Positions 49,689-59,081 of a stretch of 64,000 bases of DNA are shown here, piece by piece. This DNA comes from Candidatus Aminicenantes bacterium. GTDB taxonomy: Bacteria; Acidobacteriota; Aminicenantia; Aminicenantales; JAFGBC01. The notes beneath the pieces are model-generated. The model worked only from the letters and a program-made list of their open reading frames with translations, was not told where the DNA came from and did not search any database. Where the stretch lies: contig OY969696.1 of assembly GCA_963702005.1 (NCBI GenBank), positions 3,104,001 through 3,168,000 of the forward strand, written 5' to 3'. Position 1 is the first letter of the stretch. Every line of letters starts with the position of its first letter. The translations under genes and the position numbers were made by a program.

Positions 49689-49766
49689 GCCGAAGGCGAG
49701 GGACGGAAAAGCAACTAGGATTCTTCCCGATTCCCGGGACGAAGTCAAGCTAGACTTAAATCCAGT

Positions 49767-51899
49767 TCAATTTATTTTGAGCTTCGCGACGAAAGCGTCC
49801 GTGTAGCCGCCGGCGTTCCCGGCCTGGTACGGGTTGAGGACGGGCAGGTCGATGCTGTTCGTGAAGCCCGTCAGGAAAATCCCGCCCTGGGCATCCAGCT
49901 CTAGTCCCGAAAGCGCGTCCGAATAGGACCCTCCGAAGAGCGTGGAAAAGTACAGGCTCCGCCCGTCCCGCGAGAAGGCGGTCAGAAAACCGTCCCAGGT
50001 CCCCGACTTAGCGGCCTTGATGGCGTTTTTGACCGGGAAATAGACGCTGCTCGTCTCGCCCACGACATAGGCGCGCCCGTCGGCGTCGACCTTGAGGTCA
50101 AACGGAATCTCCTCGCCTTCCCCTCCCAGGTAGGTCGCATAGACGAGGGTCTTCCCGTCCGGACCGACCTTGGCTAAGAAGGCGTCGGCGGCTCCCGACC
50201 GGTTCTTGCGGAAAGCGTTCTTGACCGGGATGGTGCCGTAGGTGTATCCCGTTATATAGGCCGCGCCTTGGCCGTCGACCGCGACCGAGCAGCCGAACTC
50301 CATATTGGGACCACCCAGGTAGCTGCAGTATTCGAGATCGCCTCCGGACGGCGCCAACTTGAGGATGTACGCGTCGGTAAAGCCGCCGCCGTACTTTTTC
50401 TGGAACGCGTTCTTGACCTGCAGGTTCAAGGTGCCCGTCGACCCGATCGCGTAGACGGCCCCGGCGGCGTCGACCTTCAAGTCCGCAATCGAATTGTAGA
50501 ACCATCCGGACAGGCCAAGATCGTTCTCGTAGACCTTGGTCTTCCCATCGGCCTCGAGCTTCAGGATAAAGATGTCTGCCCCGCCGCCGATGACGCCCCG
50601 GTTGACAGGACCCCTGAACCCGCCATTGCCCTTTAGCCCCCCCAGGTAGAGAGCGCCCTTGGCGTCGACCGCCAGGGCCTCTACGGATTCCTGAAACGGG
50701 CCGCCGAGGTACGAGGAAAAGACCAGGCTTTTTCCGTTGGGGGCCAGCTTGAAGAAGAAGCCATCCATCCATCCGCCGCCGTATTTCGGCTGGTAGGCGT
50801 TTTTGACGGGGAAATGCTCGTTGTCAGTCATCCCCCCGAGGTAGGCGGCGCCCGACGGGTCGACTTTGAAGAGCGCCGCGCCGGAGTGCAAGAAGGTGTC
50901 GATGTTAACGCCGTTGAGCGGCCTGCTCCGAAGCGCGACCGGATCGGCCAGGACGCTTTCGGTCTTGCTCGCGGCCCCGATAAATCCCCAGAACCCGGCC
51001 GGGAAAAATGCCGAATACACCAGGCTCTTGCCGTCCGGCGCAAGCTTGGTGATGTAGGCGTCTATGCGCGGCTTATGGGCTTTGTTAGGGGGAAAATCGA
51101 TGCTGTCCGTGTATCCCGTGACATAGACCGCGCCGCTCGGGTCGATGCCGATCCCCCAAGCGTTGTCCATGGTTCGGCCGCCAAGGTAGGTCGAAAAGAC
51201 GAGGACTAACGGATCGATCACGAGCTCGCGGCCCCGATCATAGGGGCCCAATTCGAAACCGTAAGCGCCGCCGCTCAGGGGCCGGAACGCCGCCTCGACC
51301 TCGACGTGAGTTCCGTCGACGACCTGATAAGCGCGCGGCTTCTGGTGCTCGAGCTCGCCCGCGGCGGATTTGACGACAATCCCGCCGTCCCGATCGAGGC
51401 GGGCCTGGACGTTCCCCTCATAGCCGAACCGGATCTGACCCGGATCGGAGCCGGGCCGGACGATCCAGTCGTACTCGACCGTCTTCGCGGTCCCAAAGAC
51501 CTTGAGGTCGACACCCTCATAGACACCGCGGTAGAAAACGCCCCGCGACGTCGGGATGCCGGTGTGCCAGTCCGTCTCGTCCCGTCCGTCGAAATAGCTC
51601 ACATAATAGTCCGCCGGGTCGACAGCCCGGACCTCCACACCCGGCCGGACGTTCTCGAGGATCATCCGTGCCCCGTCGAAGAGCAGCTCGCGCCGGGTCA
51701 GCCGGAGCGTGTAGGCCGGCGTCTTGGCGTAATAAAGGGTCTCGGCATCGGTCTGCCCCTGGTTGGCGATGAAATAGAGCGGGACATCGCCGAAGCCGGG
51801 CTCGGCTTGGACCGGGAGCGTCTGTCCCGGCCGCGCCGTCGAGAGCGCCGCGACCAGGAGCAATAGACCGAGCGAAGCTGGGATGATAAGCTTTTTCAT
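49767..51899 (-). CDS. Secreted SBBP beta-propeller repeat protein, paralogue 1
   Basis: Signal peptide, FIANQGQ, LVIDP, STYLGG / YVTG.T.S.DFP repeats. Confidence 0.9.
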   Translation of the reverse strand: MKKLIIPASLGLLLLVAALSTARPGQTLPVQAEPGFGDVPLYFIANQGQTDAETLYYAKTPAYTLRLTRRELLFDGARMILENVRPGVEVRAVDPADYYVSYFDGRDETDWHTGIPTSRGVFYRGVYEGVDLKVFGTAKTVEYDWIVRPGSDPGQIRFGYEGNVQARLDRDGGIVVKSAAGELEHQKPRAYQVVDGTHVEVEAAFRPLSGGAYGFELGPYDRGRELVIDPLVLVFSTYLGGRTMDNAWGIGIDPSGAVYVTGYTDSIDFPPNKAHKPRIDAYITKLAPDGKSLVYSAFFPAGFWGFIGAASKTESVLADPVALRSRPLNGVNIDTFLHSGAALFKVDPSGAAYLGGMTDNEHFPVKNAYQPKYGGGWMDGFFFKLAPNGKSLVFSSYLGGPFQESVEALAVDAKGALYLGGLKGNGGFRGPVNRGVIGGGADIFILKLEADGKTKVYENDLGLSGWFYNSIADLKVDAAGAVYAIGSTGTLNLQVKNAFQKKYGGGFTDAYILKLAPSGGDLEYCSYLGGPNMEFGCSVAVDGQGAAYITGYTYGTIPVKNAFRKNRSGAADAFLAKVGPDGKTLVYATYLGGEGEEIPFDLKVDADGRAYVVGETSSVYFPVKNAIKAAKSGTWDGFLTAFSRDGRSLYFSTLFGGSYSDALSGLELDAQGGIFLTGFTNSIDLPVLNPYQAGNAGGYTDAFVAKLKIN

Positions 51900-52009
51900 G
51901 CGATCCTCCTTAATTCCTGAAAAATTTTTCTTTTTTAGAATTTTATCGCCATTCCCTTCGCCATGTCAACCCCTCGACACCCATACTAAGCCGTTTCCGG
52001 CTTAGTATG

Positions 52010-53339
52010 AGGTAACATGATAGCGGAACGCACCTCCCTGACGAGTAACGCTGTGATACATTACTCGATGAATAAGAATCTCATAAGGAGGTGCGCGGCA
52101 GCCTTGCAGTACTCAGGGCTTCCATGAGTGATGTATTTTATAGGCGTAGACCATCACAAGCAAGTCTCGGTGATGACCGTCTTGGACGAGGATGGCCGGG
52201 AGCTGAGAAACGGTCGAGTGCTCAACCTGAGGAAAGAGCTGGGACGATTCCTGGAAGGATACCATCCGTTTACGGCTGTAATAGAGGCTGGCCGGTCGTC
52301 GTACGTTATGGCGGATCTCCTCCGGGAACTGGGCGGCGAGGTGAAGATGGCGAATGCGCTTCAGGTGAAAGCGATTGCGCATGCCCGGATCAAGACGGAC
52401 AAGCGCGATTCGAGGACGCTGGCCATGCTTCTGCGGGCAGGGCTGATTCCAGAGATCTATCAAAGGGAGGAGAGGAACCGGCGGGCGCAACGGGTGATGA
52501 GGATACGGGCTTATTGGACGCGCAAGCAAACGGAAGTCAAGAACAAGATCCGGGCGCTTTTAGCTCAGCAGAAAGAGGAAGTCCGGCTGGAAGTGGAAAA
52601 GCGGGAAGGGGGACTCTTCAGGACGAGGGGGTTGGAGTTTTTGACCAGGTTGTCGCTGGAGGGCCAGGACAAAATGGTTTTGGACGACCTGCTCCAGGGA
52701 TACAAGGAGGCCCAAGCTCATATCAGGAAGTCGGACGGACTCGTTCGTGTCCTGTATGGCGAGATCGAGGAAGCCTCTCGCATCGACAGCGTGCCGGGGT
52801 TTGCTACGACGTTGTCGGTCTTGGTGGCGGTCGAGATCGCCGACGTCCGGCGATTTTCCAGGCCGGCGGATCTTCATTCCTACGCCGGGGTGATCCCTTC
52901 GACCTACTCCTCGGGAGAGCGGACGGTTCACGGACACATCACCAAACAGGGGAACGCTTGGCTGAGATGGGCGGCCCTGGAAGCGGTCTATCCGGCGATC
53001 AAAAAAGACCTTGGGCTTCGGACTCTCTACAGCCGGCTGGCCAAAAGGAAGGGCCCGAACGCGGCCAAGATAGCGGTGGCCCGCCGGCTCCTGACCATCG
53101 TCTATCGAATCCTGACCGAGAACAGGACCTATATCCCAGACAGGATGAATCCCTCGGCTGCCTAGAGCAGTACTTAACGGACTCGCGAGAGTCGCGTTCT
53201 CTATGAGGTTTAGGAGCCGAGACCGGATACTACAGTGCGCTCATAGGCGCGGATAGAAGGGTGGTTCAAGAAACCGAGGCAGCCATGAGGAGAAAGAATA
53301 AAAAAATGGCTTGCGGGGCTTGCGTTCCGCCATCATAGA
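52010..53339 (+). mobile_element. IS110-family element, IS1111 subgroup
   Basis: Subterminal IRs ATGATAGCGGAACGCA (52017-52032) / TGCGTTCCGCCATCAT (53321-53336); non-coding ends. Confidence 0.85.
52128..53165 (+). CDS. IS110-family DEDD transposase/recombinase
   Basis: GVDHHK, VIEAG, KTDKRDS, PGF, YAGVIP..YSSG, GHITKQGN, AVARRL. Confidence 0.95.
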   Translation: MMYFIGVDHHKQVSVMTVLDEDGRELRNGRVLNLRKELGRFLEGYHPFTAVIEAGRSSYVMADLLRELGGEVKMANALQVKAIAHARIKTDKRDSRTLAMLLRAGLIPEIYQREERNRRAQRVMRIRAYWTRKQTEVKNKIRALLAQQKEEVRLEVEKREGGLFRTRGLEFLTRLSLEGQDKMVLDDLLQGYKEAQAHIRKSDGLVRVLYGEIEEASRIDSVPGFATTLSVLVAVEIADVRRFSRPADLHSYAGVIPSTYSSGERTVHGHITKQGNAWLRWAALEAVYPAIKKDLGLRTLYSRLAKRKGPNAAKIAVARRLLTIVYRILTENRTYIPDRMNPSAA

Positions 53340-53473
53340 AGTACTGCAAGGCTGGGCTTAGTGTCGGCGAACGGGTCAAGATAGAGCAGGGTTGTTTTCT
53401 CGGGCCGAGGTGACGATGGCCTCCCGGACGGCGTCCGTGACGATGGTATGGACGGAGACGACGTAGATCCGGT

Positions 53474-55606
53474 TCAATCCTTCTTAAGCTTCGCGACTAA
53501 AGCGTCCGTGTAGCCGCCGGCGTTCCCGGCCTGGTACGGGTTGAGGACGGGCAGGTCGATGCTGTTCGTGAAGCCCGTCAGGAAAATCCCGCCCTGGGCA
53601 TCCAGCGCCAGTCCCGAAAGCGCGTCCGAATAGGACCCTCCGAACAGCGTGGAAAAGTACAGGCTCCGCCCGTCCCGCGAGAAGGCGGTCAGAAAACCGT
53701 CCCAGGTCCCCGACTTGGCGGCCTTGATGGCGTCCTTGACAGGGAAATAGACGCTGCTCGTCTCGCCCACGACATAGGCGCGCCCGTCGGCGTCGACCTT
53801 GAGGTCAAACGGAATGTCATCGCCTTCCCCTCCCAGGTAGGTCGCATAGACAAGGGTCTTCCCGTCCGGGCTGACCTTGGCCAAGAAGGCGTCGGCCGCC
53901 CCTGTCCGGTTCTTGCGGAAAGCGTTCTTGACCGGGATGGTGCCGTAGGTGTAGCCCGTCATATAGGCCGCGCCCTGGCCGTCGACCGCGACCGAGCCGC
54001 CGAAATCCATGTTGCGACCGCCCAGGTAACTGCAGTATTCGAACTCGTCTCCGGACGGCGCCAGCTTGAAGATGAACGCATCGGTCCAGTCGCCGCCGTA
54101 CTTTTTCTGGAACGCATTCTTGACCGGCAGATTCAGGGTGCCGGTCGAACCGACCGCGTAGACGGCGCCGACGGCGTCGACCGTCAGGCCCGAAAGCGAA
54201 TCGAAGAACCATCCGGACAGTTTCAGATCCTTCTCGTAGACCTTGGTCTTTCCATCGGCCTCGAGCTTCACGATATAGACGTCTCCCCCGCCGCCGATGA
54301 TGCCCCGGTTGACGCGCGGAGAGATGGCCACATTCCCCTTTTGCCCCGCCAGGTAGAGAGCGCCCTTGGCGTCGACCGCCAGGGCCGCTAGGGATTCCTG
54401 AAACGAGCCGCCGAGGTACGAGGAAAAGACCAGGCTTTTTCCGTTGGGGGCCAGCTTGAGAAAGTAGCCGTCCTGCCATCCGCCGCCGTAGGTCGGCTGG
54501 TAGGCGTTCTTGACGGGGAAATGCTCGTTATCGGTGGAGCCGCAGAGATAGGCAGCGCCCGACGGGTCGACTTTGAAGCGCGCGGCGCCGGAGCCCGCGA
54601 AGATTGCGATGGCGGGGCCGTTGACCGGCCTGTTCGGAAGGGGGGCCGGCTCGGCCAAGGCGCGCCCGGTCCCGCCCCCGGCCAGGTAGAATCCCCAGAA
54701 ACCGACCGGGAAAAACGCCGAATAAACCAGGCTTTTACCGTCAGGCGAGAGCTTGGTGATGAAGACGTCCATTCGCGGCTTCTGGGCTTTATAGGGCGGG
54801 AAATCGATGCTGTCCGTGTATCCCGTGACATAGACCGCGCCGCTCGGGTCGATGCCGACTCCCCATGCGTCGTCCATCGTCCGGCCGCCCAGGTAGGTCG
54901 AAAAGACCAGGACAAGCGGATCGATCACGAGCTCGCGGCCTCGATCGTAAGGGCCCACTTCGAATCCGTAACCGCCGCCGTCCAAGGGCCGGAATGCCGC
55001 TTCGACCTCGACGCGAGTTCCGTCGACGATTTGATACGCGCGCGGCTTCCGATGCTCGAGCTCGCCCGCGGCGGATTTGACGACAATCCCGCCGTCCCGA
55101 TCAAGGCGGGCCTGGACGTCCCCCTCATAGCCGAACCGGATCTGATCCGGATCGGAGCCGGGCCGGACGATCCAGTCGTATTCGACCGTCTTCGCGGTCC
55201 CAAAGACCTTGAGGTCGACGCCCTCATAGACACCGCGGTAGAGAACGCCCCGCGACGTCGGGATGCCGGTGTGCCAGTCCGCTTCGTTCCGGCCGTCGAA
55301 ATAGCTCACATAGTAATCCGCCGGGTCGACGGCCCGGACCTCCACACCCGGCCGGACGTTCTCGAGGATCATCCGTGCCCCGTCGAAGAGCAGCGCGCGC
55401 CGGGTCAGCCAGAGCGTGTAGGCCGGCGTCCTGGCGTAGAACAGCGCCTCGGCATCGGTTTGCCCCTGGTTGGCGATGAAATAGAGCGGGATGTCGCCGA
55501 AGCCGGGCTCGGCTTGGACCGGGGGCGTTTGTCCCGGCCGCGCCGTCGAGAGCGCCGCGACCAGGAGCAACAGACCGAGCGAAGCTGGGATGAGAAGCCT
55601 TTTCAT
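53474..55606 (-). CDS. Secreted SBBP beta-propeller repeat protein, paralogue 2
   Basis: 710 aa, colinear and highly similar to 49767-51899. Confidence 0.9.
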   Translation of the reverse strand: MKRLLIPASLGLLLLVAALSTARPGQTPPVQAEPGFGDIPLYFIANQGQTDAEALFYARTPAYTLWLTRRALLFDGARMILENVRPGVEVRAVDPADYYVSYFDGRNEADWHTGIPTSRGVLYRGVYEGVDLKVFGTAKTVEYDWIVRPGSDPDQIRFGYEGDVQARLDRDGGIVVKSAAGELEHRKPRAYQIVDGTRVEVEAAFRPLDGGGYGFEVGPYDRGRELVIDPLVLVFSTYLGGRTMDDAWGVGIDPSGAVYVTGYTDSIDFPPYKAQKPRMDVFITKLSPDGKSLVYSAFFPVGFWGFYLAGGGTGRALAEPAPLPNRPVNGPAIAIFAGSGAARFKVDPSGAAYLCGSTDNEHFPVKNAYQPTYGGGWQDGYFLKLAPNGKSLVFSSYLGGSFQESLAALAVDAKGALYLAGQKGNVAISPRVNRGIIGGGGDVYIVKLEADGKTKVYEKDLKLSGWFFDSLSGLTVDAVGAVYAVGSTGTLNLPVKNAFQKKYGGDWTDAFIFKLAPSGDEFEYCSYLGGRNMDFGGSVAVDGQGAAYMTGYTYGTIPVKNAFRKNRTGAADAFLAKVSPDGKTLVYATYLGGEGDDIPFDLKVDADGRAYVVGETSSVYFPVKDAIKAAKSGTWDGFLTAFSRDGRSLYFSTLFGGSYSDALSGLALDAQGGIFLTGFTNSIDLPVLNPYQAGNAGGYTDALVAKLKKD

Positions 55607-56093
55607 GCAATCCTCCTTAACTCCCGAATAATTTACTTATTTTATTTTATAGCCATTCCCCTCGCCACGTCAAGGCAGGGTATGCGGAGGTATACAAGTT
55701 GAAGTATCGGGCAATTTATTCGCGACTTTCCACCGTCAGCCGAACGGGTCAAGGGGTGACCCTACGGCGAGTGGGCAATTAGCCCTCTCCGAGAGACGAT
55801 ATGAGAAGAAATCATCACGATAATCATCCAGGGCGGTGATTGTTAGATCCCTCCGCCCACCCTATTATGACAACCGAAGCGGGCAACACGATGAACGCAG
55901 CCGAATATGAACGTCAAGGATTAGGAGGCAACCTCTCCGCCGGGCCGGTCGGCGAAGAGTTGGCTCGGTCCGTGAGGAGGGGAGATTTATAGCACGGAGC
56001 GGCCATTCACCGCGCTGCGGAAAAAGCAAATTCTTATACATTTTATTTTCCGATCGTTGTATACTAACTGTAATTCGGAAAAGGAGCAAAGTC

Positions 56094-58013
56094 ATGAATC
56101 GTAAAAATGTAGTCCTCTTTATTTTCATCGGCTTGATGCTTATTATGAGCGTCTCCGCTACCTTAGTATCACAAGAAAGGATAAAACATCGTTCTTCCGG
56201 CAGAGACGTCTTGCTCCTGGAATTCCTGCTAGACCACAATGAAGTTCAGCGCCGGCACGTAAGAAATTCTTCTTCAAGAACCTCACTTGAGGCGTCAGCC
56301 ACCGCCGGAAGCTATACATTTTTGAGGAAATGGGGCGTTTTTGTCGGTGGCGGCAACGGAGAATTGTCCGGTCCTCGCGTAGTAGCCGTCGATAAATCCG
56401 GTATCGTCTATGTCGCTGATACCTACAACGACCGCATTCAGAAATTCAGCAGCAGCGGCAAATTTATCGCCAAGTGGGGTTCCTATGGCACGGGAAACGG
56501 ACAATTTAATTTTCTTTGCGGTATAGCCGTCGATAAATCCGGTAACGTCTATGTCACTGATTGCAACAACGACCGCATCCAGAAATTCAGCAGCAGCGGC
56601 AAATTTATCGCCAAGTGGGGTTCCTATGGCAGAGAAAACGGACAATTTAATTGGCCTCGCGGTATAACCACTGATATCTCCGGTAACGTCTATGTAGCTG
56701 ATACCTTCAACAACCGCATCCAGAAATTCAGCAGCAGCGGCGTATATTTAGCCCAGTGGGGTTCATGGGGCACAGGAAGTAAGGGACTTCAAGCTCCTAT
56801 GGGTATAACTATCGATAACTCCGGTAACGTGTATGTGGCTGATACGGGCAATCAGCGCATTCAGAAATTCAACCTTAACGGCGTAAATCTCATCACGTGG
56901 GGTTCATCAGGCACGGGGAACGGACAATTTAATCAGCCCTTTGGGATAACTGTCGACGCCTCCGGTAACGTCTATGTCGCTGATCGCGGCAATGACCGCA
57001 TCCAGAAATTCAGCGGCAGCGGCAAATATTTAGCCCAGTGGGGTTCATCAGGCACAGGGAACGGTCAATTTATGGCTCCTTGGGGTATAGCCGTCGATAA
57101 ATCCGGTAACGTCTTTGTAGCTGATCCCGGCAACAACCGCATCCAGAAATTCAACAGCGCCCATGTTTTCATCGCCAAGTGGGGTTCGCCCTGGGTAATT
57201 GGAAATAGCGAATTTTATAGTCCACAAGAAATAGCGCACGATAGTTCGCAAAATATTTATGTAGCCGATACTGGAAATAATCGCATCCAAAAGTTCAACA
57301 GCACCGGCACATTTCTCGCCAAGTGGGGCTCTTCTGGCACAGGGAACGGTCAATTGAATGCTCCTACCGGCATAACCATCGACAGCTCCGATAACGTCTA
57401 TGTAGCTGATGCCGGCAACAACCGCATCCAGAAATTCAGCAGCAGTGGCGCATATTTAATCCAGTGGGGTTCCTATGGCAAAGGGAATGGTCAATTTTGG
57501 TGGCCTGATGCTATAAATGTCGATAACTCCGGCAACGTCTATGTAGGTGATGCCGGCAACAGCCGCATCCAGAAATTCGACAGCAGCGGCGCATATTTAG
57601 CCCAATGGGGTTCCGATGGCACAGGGAACGGTCAATTTAATGGCCCTGATGGTATAACCACCGATAACTCCGGCAACGTCTATGTAGCTGATTGGGGCAA
57701 CAACCGCATCCAGAAATTCAGCAGCACCGGCGCATTTATCACCAAATGGGGTTCATCCGGCACAGGAAACGGACAATTTGATGGGCCTGAAGGCATAACT
57801 GTCGATAGCTCCGGTAATGTATATGTAGCTGATCTCAACGACCGTATCCAGAAATTCAGCAGCAGCGGCAAATTTATCACCACGTGGGGTTCATTAGGCT
57901 CAGGAAACGGACAATTTCGATTTCCTTTGGGTATAACTGTCGATATCTCCGGTAAAGTATATGTAGTTGATGTGACAAATAATTGTATACAAGTATTTAC
58001 CAAGGGAAAATAG
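56094..58013 (+). CDS. Secreted NHL-repeat protein
   Basis: Signal peptide and about 12 WGS.GTGNGQF..P.GI.VD.SGNVYVAD..N.RIQKF repeats. Confidence 0.92.
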   Translation: MNRKNVVLFIFIGLMLIMSVSATLVSQERIKHRSSGRDVLLLEFLLDHNEVQRRHVRNSSSRTSLEASATAGSYTFLRKWGVFVGGGNGELSGPRVVAVDKSGIVYVADTYNDRIQKFSSSGKFIAKWGSYGTGNGQFNFLCGIAVDKSGNVYVTDCNNDRIQKFSSSGKFIAKWGSYGRENGQFNWPRGITTDISGNVYVADTFNNRIQKFSSSGVYLAQWGSWGTGSKGLQAPMGITIDNSGNVYVADTGNQRIQKFNLNGVNLITWGSSGTGNGQFNQPFGITVDASGNVYVADRGNDRIQKFSGSGKYLAQWGSSGTGNGQFMAPWGIAVDKSGNVFVADPGNNRIQKFNSAHVFIAKWGSPWVIGNSEFYSPQEIAHDSSQNIYVADTGNNRIQKFNSTGTFLAKWGSSGTGNGQLNAPTGITIDSSDNVYVADAGNNRIQKFSSSGAYLIQWGSYGKGNGQFWWPDAINVDNSGNVYVGDAGNSRIQKFDSSGAYLAQWGSDGTGNGQFNGPDGITTDNSGNVYVADWGNNRIQKFSSTGAFITKWGSSGTGNGQFDGPEGITVDSSGNVYVADLNDRIQKFSSSGKFITTWGSLGSGNGQFRFPLGITVDISGKVYVVDVTNNCIQVFTKGK

Positions 58014-58475
58014 GAAGCCTGGGCGACGCTTTAATAAGGAGCGGGATGATCGAGATGAAGAAGAGGGGTGGTCTCTGCGTGGCCTTAATCCTATTAGGAG
58101 TCACGCTGCTGATCCCCTGGGGAGAGGGGCGTAGCCTCGCGCCCGCGGAAAAGTGGGTGGCGCGGTACGACGGGCCGGATCAGGCCGAAGATTGCGCTAA
58201 AGCCATTGCCGTGGACGCCAATGGCAATGTCTATGTTACCGGATCGAGCGGATACTACAGTATCTATTACGGGAAAGCAGACGGCACCGATGGAAGGGAC
58301 GACTATGCCACCGTCAAGTACGATACGAACGGCAAACAGCTTTGGGCAGCAAGGTATAATGGGCGGCTTAACGGCTGGGATGAGCCAAGCGCCATTGCCG
58401 TGGACGGCTCAGGCAATGTTTATGTCACCGGATATAGCATGGGCGCGAAGTCTGACTATGCCACTATCAAGTATA

Positions 58476-59081
58476 GTAAAGATCCCCGCGGCAAGCCGCG
58501 GGGCATTAGGAGCGCAGCTTCAAGGCCAGCTGCGCAGGCCCTTGCTCCAGTTCTCGGTGACTGACGATGTACTTCGCGATCACATCCCTCGTCATCCGGT
58601 CTCCGACCGTCCTTGCGAAATATCCGTCCTCCCACACTTCCCCGCCCCACAGCTTCTTTTTCAAGCCCGCAAACTCGCGAAACAACCCCCTCCCACTCAT
58701 GCTCTTTATGATCCTGACGACCTCCCCGATCGATCGCGATGGCGGAAATGATACTAGCAAATGAATATGATCTTCGGTAATTTCCATCTCGATGATTTCA
58801 ATATCGTACGATTCGCAAATCTCTCCCACGATCTGTTTCGCTCGTTCCCGGACTTCCACCCGCTCGAAAATCTTCTTCCGGTACTTCGGACACCAGACCA
58901 GATGGTAGGACGTGTCGTAGACCGAATGACTCGTCCGTTTCAGCGTCACCCATATACTTTACCACACTCCCGAGCAAGGGCCTTTGTGGATAAGGGGGAC
59001 TTTCCGGTCCCCCTTATCACCCCCTCGGCAAGGCATACATTCCACCCCGTGGCAAGCCACGGGGCAGCCTGTAAAGCTTTC
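58476..59081 (-). mobile_element. IS200/IS605-family element (tnpA only)
   Basis: Terminal hairpins CCCCGCGGC-AA-GCCGCGGGG (58484) and CCCCGTGGC-AA-GCCACGGGG (59045); no TSD. Confidence 0.88.
58506..58949 (-). CDS. tnpA: IS200 Y1 HUH transposase
   Basis: YHLVWCPKYR, DHIHLL, W..GYF, YI. Confidence 0.95.
   Translation of the reverse strand: MTLKRTSHSVYDTSYHLVWCPKYRKKIFERVEVRERAKQIVGEICESYDIEIIEMEITEDHIHLLVSFPPSRSIGEVVRIIKSMSGRGLFREFAGLKKKLWGGEVWEDGYFARTVGDRMTRDVIAKYIVSHRELEQGPAQLALKLRS

Noticed and set aside
39993-49748. Integron cassette array
   Set aside because: No attC-like RYYYAAC...GTTRRRY palindromes and no IntI; repeats resemble tRNA att/arm sites instead.
49767-55606. Diversity-generating retroelement (TR/VR)
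   Set aside because: Whole-gene duplication, differences not adenine-specific, no reverse transcriptase in window.
56300-57990. Regular ~141-bp repeats resembling an array
   Set aside because: In-frame NHL protein repeats, not CRISPR; no unique spacers or cas genes.
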